Source: Kondoa subrosea (taxonomy: Eukaryota). Taken from it: DNA of 20,000 nt. Shown piece by piece: positions 1-11,366 of the stretch. The position numbers were made by a program, and so were the translations under genes. The notes under the pieces were generated by a model, which made no database searches, had not been told where the DNA came from, and saw only the letters and a list, made by a program, of their open reading frames with translations. Numbering within the stretch: position 1 is the stretch's first letter; every line of letters starts with the position of its first letter. The DNA lies in assembly GCA_039545335.1 (NCBI GenBank), contig BCIN01000001.1, positions 1,644,389-1,664,388 on the forward strand, written 5' to 3'.

Positions 1-191
1 TTGACTGAATTGGGAAAAGCTAAGTAGTTAAAATATTACAAATGTATCTTGCGTTCCCGCTTGCTATATTGATGGTACTAGTAATTGGGTAATTCAGAAT
101 GAAAGAGAGAAGAAGAAAAGATAATACAAAGGTGTTTTTGTTCGCCTTGAAAGTCCTTTTTTTACCCAAAATTCCCCGCCCATGGTCTTGA

Positions 192-2029
192 TCATCGATT
201 GATATAAGCTGGAGGAACTTCCGTTTGTAAATCTTCAGGTAAAATAGCACCAGCATCTTCATGTTGCATCACAGTCCTACTAGGTCCCGCGCCAGCGCTT
301 GAACCAGCTAAAACACCTTTACTTGATTGACCTAATTCCGTCATTGGAACTTGACTTGATCCATCAGGGTTAAGTGGAAGACCTCCTCTTCCAGTAGCTG
401 AACCAAAAGAGCTGGAAGAAATGTTTCGATTATGAGCTGCGAAAGGTGGTAAAGGAGGAGCGTTGTTGTCTGGATTGGATACGTGCAAAGCAGAGAAATT
501 AGATTCTGACATTGCTGTTCCGTTACCAAATTGAGTTCTTGATCGATTATCATCAGAAGATTGACGAGCTTCTGATCCTGCTACACTTGCGCCGGCTAAA
601 GCAAAAGGAGTTACAGGCGCCGTAGGATTTGTGTGATCCGCTTGTGCATCTAATGTAGGCGAAGGAGGACCGTAATAGGCTGCATCTCTTGGCGCTGCTG
701 CGTAGCTAATGTTTTGGCGTTTTCGACGACGTAAGAAACAGAAGGCGAGAAGAGCCAGAAGTGCAAGACCCAAAACTCCACCTACGACACCTCCGGCTTA
801 AAAAACAAAGTTGAGCGGAGTCTCTTCTGGCAAAAGGGAGAGCAAACATACCTATTGCACCAACGTTGGTGCCCGAACCGCCTTTGTTGGATGTCCCATT
901 CGTTGATCCAGCAGCACTAGTAGTAGTAACTTTGTTACCAGCTTGATTGTTTGCAGGTGCGCCATCGGAAGAAGTAGAATCCTGAGTGCAAGTTTGCTGT
1001 TGACCAAAAGTAGTAATCACATTCGTTGTTGGAGCCCATTGACCTCTTGAGTCTCTGACAGCAAAAACAAATTTTGATCCTGGTGTTATACCATTGACAA
1101 AGGATAGATGATCATCAGATGGTGGAAGTGTGATATTGTAGCTGTTGACGACTGAATCAAGCTGTACGGCTATTGGGAGTCAATTCGCATGTATCTCTTG
1201 TGTTTGATTCGTGTACTCACTAGTAACAGTGTAAGGAGGGTTTCCACCACTTATTCCCAAACCAACAACACCGCAAGCATCGACCGAAGTGGTGTTCAAA
1301 GTAGTTGAAAGCTGTCCAGTACCGACTTGTGACAGACAACCACTCGAACTGCTGCTCTGCACAGTATATACGCTCGACCAACCAGCAAAATTGGCGAAAG
1401 CATCAACGAATCCTAATCTGATTGGCCCGTTACATCAGCCGGAATCACATAGCGAATCAGACGATGACCTTACACCAGCTGAGTTCCTGCAGGATAATTG
1501 ATACTGAAGGATCCTCGCAGATTGTTATCCAGACTTGAAACAGCTTGTATACTGGGAGTTCCGTTCTTGATGAAGGAAAGATAAGCAATCCATAAATACG
1601 ACTTATTAGAGGGACCTGAGCTCACTACCGGCACACTGAAGCCATAGAAAGGCGGTGTGATTGTTGTACCTTCCTTGTTGAAGAGAACTACAGAAATCAA
1701 CATAAGCCGATATATAGAACAGTTCCTCTACGCGGGGACGGGCACGCACTGGAGAGATCTTGACATTGGGATAATCCATTAGTGTTCGTATCCGTGTCCC
1801 AGCCATACGAGAAGACTCTGATCAAGGCCGAAATAGAAGAGTCAGCATGTGTTTCGATACACCCAAGACTTTCGAACGGGCAGTGCGAGTTCTCGTCCAG
1901 TATAGAAGCACGACTGTGGGCGGAGCAGAGAGATGCTCAGACAGCCTGTAGAGAGACTTACCGTTGAAGTTGACCTGAAGCGAGCTTGGCGTATAGCAGA
2001 GCAGCTCCCAAAGCAATGAATGCTTTCAT
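192..2029 (-). CDS. Spliced single-pass type I membrane/cell-surface protein (signal peptide, Cys/Ser/Thr-rich ectodomain, one TM helix, cytoplasmic tail ending in PPxY)
   Basis: Manual splicing across 6 GT-AG introns gives MKAFIALGAALLYAKLASG (signal peptide), LSQCQDL...TPPFY, GISGGNPPYTVT, a Ser/Thr-rich linker, GAIAGGVVGGVLGLALLALLAFCFL-RRRKR (TM plus positive-inside cluster) and the tail QHEDAG...EVPPAYINR*. ATG at 2029-2027, stop at 194-192. Confidence 0.8.
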
Positions 2030-2289
2030 GTGAGCCTAAGTGTTTACGTGTAGAGGGTATCCAGGATGTCTGGTATGGCCCGTGTTCGGTGTTTGCCTTT
2101 GGGATGCTTGCTTCAAGACAAGCAGCGAATTTCCACTTTCAGCAGCAGACGGCCAAACGCTTTGAAGCCTCGTTGATACCAGAGACTGCAGGTTTTATAT
2201 CCTTGCGATTGTGGTGATATCAGACCTACTGCAAACTTGGTGCCGGCCGTGTCTTGAGCTATTGACGTCTCAGCAGCACACATTTCGAT

Positions 2290-5200
2290 ATGTCACTGTC
2301 TTCCAGATCGAATCCTCAGTACTATCCTGCAGATCAAGGCTCTTCTTCCACCACTAGAGCATCCGCTTTTCAGAATCAACAGCATCAGAGAGTAGCAAGT
2401 GGTGGAAACCGTTCTGTCCATTCACAGCATACAGATGCAAGTGGTAGACCTGTAACGCACGGCTTGCAATCCAGTCAAGCGAGTCAAGCTTCTGTTAATT
2501 CAAGATCATCTGCTCCTAAAGCTCCTCAGCTGCATGATCTGAATAGAGGTAAGGGATTGATTCCTAAAGTGCATTGCTATTCTTAAGCAAACATGTCTTT
2601 GATATTACAGTCATTTCTCTCTTCAAAGCAAAGGTAAGCTCCAAACTTACATCTCAGACCTTGCTGATCTTGAGACATGAATGCAGAAATTTTACGCAGA
2701 AGGTTATCTTTGGCGAAAAACCGATCTAGGATCTGATGGCAAGCAAGATACTTCACCTCATTCTCACTGGGACAGGTGGTTCGTTCAACTCACAGCTTTC
2801 GAACTATCACTATGGAATGCAAGGGAAATGGAAGCTGCTGCAGCTAGAGGGGAATCCATCGGTCCGTATGTCCAAGATTCTCTCTTCAGAAACAAATTTC
2901 TCTGTTTAGCTCATATGAATGCTCGTCAGAGAATGGTTGAATATGAATGATTCTTTCGTTTCCGTCGTCGACCCAAAGAACTTGGGTCCGGATGATAGAC
3001 CTCCTGCAGAAAATTTCAATCGCTACGTGTTCGCGCTCAACAATGCTGGTGCCAATCGGATTCTGTTTGCAGCGGAAACGGAGACTGAGTTGAGAAAATG
3101 GGTCAATTGCTTGAGATTGGCAGAATGGGAAGCAGGAAGATTGAATGAGTACGTTCTTTCGTTAAACTGCTATGTAAATTCGCAAATTGATCGTCTGCCT
3201 AGAATTTACACTGCTACTCTGCTCGGCTTGACTAATCAAGCGACAGCGAGGACACCTTTGATCAAGGGGAAGTATGAAGGGTGAGTACGACTTTAATTCT
3301 GGATATCAGATCAGATGAGCTGACTCTTTCGAACAGAAATGTGCAAGTTCGGATACCAGGCGATACGACGTTCCGTTCAGCATGGCTAGTGTTGACAGAT
3401 ACAGCTATAGCAGCTCGCCAAAAACGTCGTGGCTCCATTCTATCCATGTCTTTCTCCTCTCATTCAATCTCCAACATCTCTTCAGGTGGTCCAGAAGAAC
3501 CTATTGCTCGAGCTTCTTTTTACGCAACCAAGAAATCCAAGAAACCTTTTTTCACTTTCAATTCCGTCGTTTCTTGCGCTGCAGTGTACCCAGATAACGA
3601 AACAGTAATCAACAACTCGTCCATTTTTAGAGTGGAGGGTCTTTGCGAATGGGATGGTCAAGGTCATGCTGATTTACCTAAAGGATTGGATTTACAAGCA
3701 AAGAGGATTAGTGTACAGAAGAGTGTGCAAAAGGGAGAACCCCACGCTAGTGTGATTGTACTGCCTGAGGATACGATGAAATCTCCGCAAATGTCAATGT
3801 TGACTTGGGTTCTGGGTTTTGCGGATGCTTTCAGGGTGAGCATCTCATTCCTTCGTAAAGACAGGGATCCAGACTGATGGTAATTTAATAGCTGTTTGGC
3901 AGATCACCGACAAGTCAACAGATCCTATATGATGTGAGTCGAACTGCTGTTGACACTAAAGCCTGAGCTCATTGTCGAGTAGCCTCGAGCTGCCGAGTCT
4001 CCTTATCACGCATATCCAAGTAGGATTATTGATCAAATCGGAGATTCATACTGATGTTCCTCGCCAGTTGGACAGAGTCGCGATCGTCTTTTCTTCCATA
4101 CTGCTCTTATTGAGCAACTCGAGCCATGGGACAATAGACCTACACACATCAAGTCGAAGTTCCGCGGTATGCTAGTGGAAAGAATGTCAAGGCCTTACAC
4201 ACCGCCTGCAGATCACCCTCGCCAACTTGCTTCTAATCCGCATGGACCAATTACAAATGGTCCAAACCCAGAGCAACAGCTTGTACTGAATCCTCATTCG
4301 CCTGTACCTTCTGAACAGTCAATTCCAAATCAGCAGCAACAACAGATTCTGGCGCAAGAGCAGCAGAAGAACTTAGAAAGGCGAGCTTCTTCTCGGATAT
4401 CGAAAGCTCCTCCTACTCTTCCACCGATCGGTGAATCTCAGATGCATCAAAGACCTTCTTTCAATTCAGCCAATCAAACCAATTCTCAATCCTCTTTGTC
4501 TGTTCCAATGTCTGCTTCCACCTCAAGTTCAAGCTATAGTTCCATGGGTGTTAACAAACTGGCCGGTTTACCTAAATTGGTGACCGACACATCTGCCTAT
4601 CAGCAGCAGCAACAGCAGCAGCAGGAAGCCTACCGAAATGAAGTGTCTGAGTTCAGCGCAAGTACAGATGCGCCCTCTCGGATGCAGTCAGCCAACGATG
4701 AAGTTCCTTCGTGGCAGCCTACACCTCAGTCTCGCTCTAGTCTCGCTCAATCTCGCTCAAGCCTAGCATACGAGCAGGAAGAAGTAGTGAACTCGCCTGT
4801 TTCAGCTAGTCAGCAGGAACAGGTTGAAGAGTATCGATCACCAAGTCTAGGTCTTACCGGTCTGAGTCAACCATCTTTCAATCCAACGCAGCATGAAATA
4901 CCTGTTGCTTCAACCAGTCGAGCACCAATCGCAAGGAGAGACACAGTAGATGAATCGCCAGACGGACCTCCCAGCCGAGATTCTCTCACCTCACCCATCT
5001 TCCATGCGCCTCACCTAGTACAGCATTTCGCTCGACCTAAACCTGGGAATGAAGATTCTTTCGTTACTGCTCGAATGCCTCCGAATGAAATGGTAATACC
5101 AGAATCCGAACGTCCTCAGCAGCAAGAAGAAGAAGTTGCTCGTCCGTCGCTGAAAACAATGCCAACCGCGATTGAATATGCGCCTATCTCACCTTCTTCT

Positions 5201-6919
5201 CCAAAGTCCGCTGCAAGTGGAGATCGGCGGAATGGAAGTATGCGAGGAAGCGATCTTGGTCATTCTGAAGATATGCTGGCTGCTTTGAGCTTTATTGAAA
5301 GAACACCTTCACCCTCAAATATTCCTTCATCAGCGCAAAGTATTACAACGCATCATTCGGCAGAACCTTCCGTTCATCGCTCTGCGTCTTTGTCCTTACC
5401 TCAATCTATTCCGCCAAGTCGACAACTAAGTTCGTCGACCAGCAGATCTCCTCCTCCTGCTCAGAATAGATTATCTCCCACAGTTCAAAGTTCTTCGCCT
5501 GATCGCTATGCTTCTCCGCGTCAAGCGCAGTCTCAACTGCCAGGACCCATTCCGAACCAAAACTACCCTTCGATCTCCGTCAGTACAGACGGGCCTTTGC
5601 CATCTACGTTTGAAAAATCCAAGCAGGTTGAGCGTGAAAGGGAGCTTGCTCAACAGAAACAGAAAGAAGCGCAGAAACAGGCTTTGCAAAGACCTGGGCG
5701 CAAAGCCAACGGCGTGGCTGCGGGCAAGAAGAAGAAGCTAGGCGATTGGAGCAGTGAAGAGGAAAGCGAAGGTGATGAAGAGGAAACTCCGCATCAATCA
5801 ACGCGATCACAGCAGCCTTTAGCCGAATCCCCTACTTCTCCTACTTCCTCGACGGAAGAAGGTCAGCCTCTAGGTCATAAGATAATGGAACATCAACGCT
5901 CTGTATCTGGTTCCATGCCCTCTTTACCTTCTGGTGTTCCTTATGGAGGTCCGGTTCGACAACTTTCGCGAACACTACCAGTACCTCCTGGTCAGACTTC
6001 ACCCTTGCCAAGACCTGAGCGCTCACCTTATCGGGAATCGCCGCCTGGTCACGCGAGATCACTAAGTGGTGCTTCAGCCAGTCATTCTTCCAACTCCAAT
6101 CCAGGCTATTCACAGCAGTACTTCCCGCCTGCAGGCAACTCGCAAATGGCTCCACCTTTCATTTCAGCTGCTGATCTGGCACCTACTGGTTTGTTGGAAT
6201 CCGGCATGCAGAGTCGTTTTGAGAGATCAGCTAAAGCGCAGGAAGCACAAGCAAGGGAAAGCGGAGCACCATTGATCGATTTGGGAGGTCACACGACTCG
6301 TCCGCAAGGTGGACTTGTCGGTGGTATCGACAACATGCAAAAGGCCCGCAGTCAAGCTATTCGATCAGGTCTTGGAGCAGACAAAGATCGAGATCAGATA
6401 CGACAATTCGAAGACGATAGGCATAGGCAATCTGTTGCACCAGGTCAATTTGGTGCAATGAATCCAATGATGATGATGAATCCCTTCATGTATAATCCGT
6501 ACATGATGCAGCAGGGTCCGATGTCAGGAATGGGTATGCCAGCTGGAATGCCTGGATCACCTCAACTTGGTCAACAAGGGAACATGACCCAAGGGATGGA
6601 TCAGAACCAGCAAGCTCAGATGCAACAGATGCAACAACAAGCTTTCATGGCAGCACAAATGGCAGCAACTCAAGCTTATCAGATGCAGATGCAAATGTTC
6701 CAGAATCAAAATCAATCCTTTGCTGGATCCTCCCTCGGCGTCCCATCATTCAATCCAGGATCTTTCATGCATTCGCCTCAACCTTCGATGATAGGATCGG
6801 CACCATCAATGATGGGCTTACCATACATGCAGCCCAATCACTTCGCTGGCGCATCTACTATGGGCAGCCAAATGCCGGAGCAGAATTCAAGAGAAAGTTC
6901 GCAGGATAGACAGCAGTAG
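2290..6919 (+). CDS. Skg3/Caf120-like PH-domain protein with a long low-complexity S/P/Q-rich region and an M/Q-rich C-terminus
   Basis: Exons approximately 2290-2548, 2611-2633, 2687-2865, 2930-3148, 3203-3280, 3337-3835, 3892-3933, 3983-4019, 4068-6919, all GT-AG and in frame. Motifs KFYAEGYL, WFVQL..ELSLW, LNNAGANRILF, WVNCLRLAEWE...LNEIYTATL, AVYP and WVLGFADAFRLFG resemble the fungal Skg3/Caf120 PH-like region (recognised from memory, not searched). Confidence 0.8.
4601..4624 (+). repeat. CAG/CAA trinucleotide run encoding poly-Gln (8 Q) in the PH-domain gene
   Basis: cagcagcagcaacagcagcagcag read directly, in frame. Confidence 0.85.
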
Positions 6920-6996
6920 ACGTGTACATGTATAAATATGATAGATCAGACACGGACAATCAGATAAGAAGCCCTCGCATTTCGGATGTAGACCAT

Positions 6997-8072
6997 ATGC
7001 ACCCACTTCTGGCTGTTGCTGAACAAGATCTTACTCTGGTCACCGATGTAGAGGAAGAAGCATGCCGCCTTCTTCCCCTCTCTGCATTGATACTCATTCA
7101 TTTGGCACCAGATCTTCGAATTGTTTGTGAATCTCACAGCACAATCTCCTAGCGATGCTACTTCTGGTCTGGGACTAGTAGATCCGTCACAATCACTTCT
7201 TTCTATCGACTTCGAAGTCTCTCCCTTTGCTTCGCCGTCTTCTGTTCGCCTACCGAAAAGTAAGGGCAAATCCACTGCAATCAAATCAAAGCAAGTGACT
7301 GCAGAAATACATCAAGATGTTGCTGCTCTTGCGAAAAGGTCCGGAGAGACTTCTATGGCTTCGCTTTGGCGTGCCTCGTTAGGTTCTTGCAGCTTCGAGT
7401 TCATCTCAACTTGGCTCATCTCGATCTTACCAGTCTGTATCTAGCCCAGTACCTTCTCAGAAACTCTTTCTTCCCTTCAGCTGCTCATCCAGGCTTACTC
7501 AATCTCGACAAGTTGAAAGAAGCAAACGTACTAGAGCTAGGCACTGGAACGGGTCTCCTGCCTAAACTACTACTTGAAGAAGTACCAGACTTCGCTCAGA
7601 CGTATACAGCTTCAGATCAAGCTGCAGCGTTACCTTTGATAAGGAAGAACTCAGGCAAGACTTCAACGAGATTGAAAGTTGAAGAAGTGGATTGGCTTGA
7701 GATATCACGGTTACGAACGAGTGATGTGGATCAGGAGTATAATTTGATCTTATCTGGTCCGTTCCTCCTACTCTCTGCCGTCTCGTTTGTTTCACTTACC
7801 TGTTCTGACGAAAAGTCGATTGCCTTTACCATGAGAGTCTCGCCAAAGCTCTTGCAGACACCATCAAGCACTACACGACTCTCAAAACACTCTGTTTACT
7901 GGTCGTCGAGTTGAGAAGCGATGAACCTGTTCGAGCGTTTCTTGAAGCGCTGTTGGATTCCACGTTGAAGCTATACAGGGTGAACGGATCTGTGTTTGGT
8001 GACAATCCATTATCGTTGTCAAAGTTTGTAGTGTGGACTATTGTAGCTTCCACACACGATCAATCGAGTTGA
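6997..8072 (+). CDS. Seven-beta-strand SAM-dependent protein methyltransferase, family 16 (Rkm5/METTL21-like)
   Basis: Exons approximately 6997-7059, 7112-7377, 7434-7756, 7816-8072. Contains DVEEE|IFELF, GLGLVD, LWRAS, motif I VLELGTGTG, ASDQ, VDW, the DxxY motif (VDCLY) and ELRS. First intron is probably GC-AG. An in-frame upstream ATG exists at 6928. Confidence 0.85.
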
Positions 8073-8142
8073 AATTGAGTATATTTCTGAACATTTCTTC
8101 TGGTATCAACCACTTTCTCCTACTCCCAATACAGAGACACGC

Positions 8143-8951
8143 ATGGATGTCACATTGGATTCGATAGAAGATGCTCTGGAAGCATTCAAAGCTGGAGAGT
8201 TTCTGGTTGTAGTGGATGACATGGACAGAGAAAATGAAGGGGACCTGATTATTGCTGCTTCGCATATAACGACAGAGAAGATGGCATGGCTTATACGGCA
8301 TTCAAGGTCAGCTCTTATGCTACCTACTGCTGATGCTGTAGCTGCTGATCCGCTTGATCTTTAAATTCGATCAGTGGTTACATTTGTATATGTTTGCCTG
8401 GGAAACGACTGGACGAGTTGGAAATACCGATGATGGTGGAACAGAATAACGAGAAGCATAGGACAGCTTATACGCATACGGTAGATTACATGGAAGGTTG
8501 GTCTTCAGCCATATCTCATTCTTGGGCCTCAAGGCTAATTAGCTCGATATCTGTACAGGCACAAGTACAGGGATATCAGCGCATGACAGAGCGCTAACGG
8601 CGAGGAAATTAGCGGATCCTTCTTCTGAAGGGAATCAATTCAATCGACCCGGTCATATGGTTCCGCTTAGGGCTCGCGAAGGAGGTGTATTGACACGGAG
8701 AGGACACACGGAATCTTCTGTCGGTTAGTCTATCCGTGATTACTGCATGATCTAACCTGAAGTATTGTGAAGATCTATGTAAACTCGCAGGTCTACCAGA
8801 AGCTGGAATCATTTGCGAACTGGTGAAGCCAGATGATCCACTAGGTTCGATGGCAAGAAGAGATGACTGTTATGCTTTCGCAAAGCAATGGAAACTCAAG
8901 ATGATCAGTATAGAACAACTAGTAGAGTATAGGCAACGGAATAATGCATAA
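8143..8951 (+). CDS. RIB3: 3,4-dihydroxy-2-butanone-4-phosphate synthase (riboflavin biosynthesis)
   Basis: Exons 8143-8306, 8375-8496, 8559-8723, 8773-8951. Signature motifs [51 protein letters not shown] and GSMARRDDC. Confidence 0.96.
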
Positions 8952-8975
8952 TTTATTACTACAAACTCTATGGCG

Positions 8976-10810
8976 CTACTGCTTGCCTGTGGCTTCTTTT
9001 ATTACTTCTGCTAATCTCCTGAAAGCTTCATCTGCGTCTTCATCGCTGGTCAAACTGAAACTTGTCCGAACGCAAGCGGTTTTTGTTCCAGACGGCATGA
9101 AACCCTGCCAAGAGATCAGCGTTCAGTCTGTAGACGTAACTGGATAGCTTACTACACCCGGTACAGCTAAGACACCCTTCTCAACTGCTTTAGTCTTGAT
9201 GAGTTCAGCACTGTCGCCCTCTTGTCCCTCAGGGGCGAGATTGAGCTATATACACACGCTCAGCTCAGAGTCGGATTAGCAGCGAACAGTGCATTTACGT
9301 GAAGGTAAAGGAACATTCCTGCGTTTGGTGTTTGCCAGGTAGCTAATCCAGTCAGGTGTTTTCGTGCAGCAGTTTCAAAGACATCTCTTCTTTGTTTGTA
9401 GAAATCCGCGACCCTGTCCAGACACAAAAGCCGAAATTTAGCATACGCAATGCAGATTCAGCTGTGTGACGGACCTTTTGCAATGCTCTAGTAACCCTTG
9501 TTCACCCCATTGCTCCAATAAAGCCAGAGCAATAGCTTGAGTGAGACTAGCAGTTTGCAAGTTGGTATTAGCAGTGATAATATCCACAGCATCGCATATC
9601 GCTTTAGGAGCAGTAATGAAACCCAATCGCATTCCGCTTGAAAGGATTTTGGAGAAGGAGTCGAATCGGATTACTCGACCCGTTTGACCATTTACTTCTG
9701 GTTCGAGTGTGAAGTAAGACCGAGCTTGTTTTTCTGTGCCGTAATATAGGAAGTAATAGGCGTCATCTTCAAACAGAAGCAGATCGTGCTTTTTGACTAG
9801 CTTGAGTCTGTTGACTTAAATAAGTACAAGGAGGACGAACGAGAAGTGAACTCACATTTCTATCTTGCGCTCTTCCGAGGCTGAAAGACCGGTAGGGTTT
9901 GATCCTGTCGGAATCGTCTGTGCAAAAATGCACGAGTTAGCAAAGTCTCGCAAACCGTCCACTTTACGCACATATAGCACTAGAGGCTTTGGCTTATCCG
10001 CTGGCCATTCATCTAGTATCTTTTCAACAGCTTTGGCTGAAATACCATGCTCATCGCAGGGCACCTCTGTATGCTCGCGACATCAACCAATGTACCTTGA
10101 TGATTCGTGAAATAGGTGTACGTACCGACCAGCCTGCAATCTATCCCATGTGTCAGACCAATAGTACCAGGGTAAGCAGGAGTTTCCATCAGAACATAAT
10201 CGCCTGGGTTGACTAGAGCTTCGAAAGCCTACGAGAGAATAAGATAAGCAATCAAAGCATGAGGATTCACTCACTTTGTTGATCGCATCTTGAGAACCAC
10301 TGCTCATCGAGATGCGCCAGCCTTCTTCATTTGGAGAAGGTCGCTTGTGGACATTGCACTGGAATTGTTCTATCCACTACACTGTCACACTTAGCCAGAA
10401 TACATAGCAATCAGGAAGAAAGAAGATCACTTTGACCAGCCTAGGTAAACCGGCAGTCGCGCTGTATTGCAGCCCGATATCTAGGTCTTTGCCTTCGACA
10501 GAAACAGATGAAAGAGAAGATGAAGAACCAGGAACAGGCTTCAAGTTGACCTGAACCGAGCTGAAAGGAAACATTATAGGATTGGGTTTCCCAGCAAGAA
10601 GAGATATCATATTCGGCCTTAACTCCAAAGGAAACAAGCCTCGGACTGAGAGACATCGCTGAGCAGGAGTTACAGATCAGAAAAGAATATCAACGAACTC
10701 GCAGCAGCTGCGAGAGCATTTCAGCGTGGACAAGATGATCGGCGCAGATGCGACGCACGCTTGTAAAGCTTGGCTTTGTGCGACAGAAAGCTATCATAGT
10801 CAATGTCCAT
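8976..10810 (-). CDS. Class I PLP-dependent aminotransferase (2-aminoadipate/kynurenine/aromatic amino acid, AADAT/Aro8-like)
   Basis: Multi-exon. MDIDYDSFLS...KPAAIRGLFPLE...MISLLAGKPN, LQYSATAG, SGSQDAI, ETPAYPG, LYTIPTGSNPTG, EDDAYYFL, the PLP-lysine motif RFDSFSKILSSGMRLG, AGMFL, GVLAVPG, VRTSFS. ATG at 10810-10808, TAG at 8978-8976. Confidence 0.93.
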
Positions 10811-11302
10811 GGCTGATCCTGTGGAAGGCGGATTGGCGGAAATGAGTCAAGGTTGGTTTAGAACGAATAACGACATATATCCACCCTGGCTGCTTTGCGA
10901 CTGCTCAAAGATGTAGCTTACACAGCGTCGGCTTGTGCTATGCATGGATCGTCCAGTAGGCAGATGCCGATCGGTGAATCAGGAATTGTTGGGTTTGGAG
11001 GGAGCTGGTTCAATTTCGCTGCTGCTGGTCACGACATATGCTGCTCCTGCATCTCGATTTGATGATGCGATGCACAAGGCCGAAGAGCTGGGCGAGAAAT
11101 TATCTGATTGCAGACGAGAAAGTCAAAGCATCGAATGACTGCTTGCAGCTCTCTTTGGCCCTGCCTGCACAAGTTTCAAAACAACAAGTATGATGCATCT
11201 GTTTCGGCTGCTTCCAGGCCAATTTAGTGCAATTTCTCAAGTCTGTAAAGAATGCTGCGCCATTCTAGATTATCCAGCTTTATTGTTCCCTTTCGTCCCT
11301 TG

Positions 11303-11324
11303 CTCTCTCTCTCTCTCTCTCTCT
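11303..11324. repeat. (CT)11 microsatellite in the pyrimidine-rich leader upstream of the F-box-like gene
   Basis: Direct reading: ctctctctctctctctctctct. Confidence 0.9.
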
Positions 11325-11366
11325 TTCCTATTGAAGGCTCTAGGTATACTCGGAATAGGGCTCGTT

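Noticed and set aside
6920..6996. TGTACATGTATAAATA as a TATA box or Puf/CFIm element, and a start-stop ATGTAG at 6986-6991
   Set aside because: Short AT-rich motifs that fit several readings equally well; they cannot be assigned from sequence alone.
8073..8142. Riboswitch (FMN/TPP) upstream of RIB3 or in introns of the cofactor genes
   Set aside because: No conserved aptamer motifs were visible and the spacer and introns are too short. An Rfam scan would be decisive.
1566..9971. Several stop-free 3n introns (1566-1625, 3149-3202, 9918-9971)
   Set aside because: With about 50 short introns a handful of these is expected by chance, and retention would disrupt folded domains.
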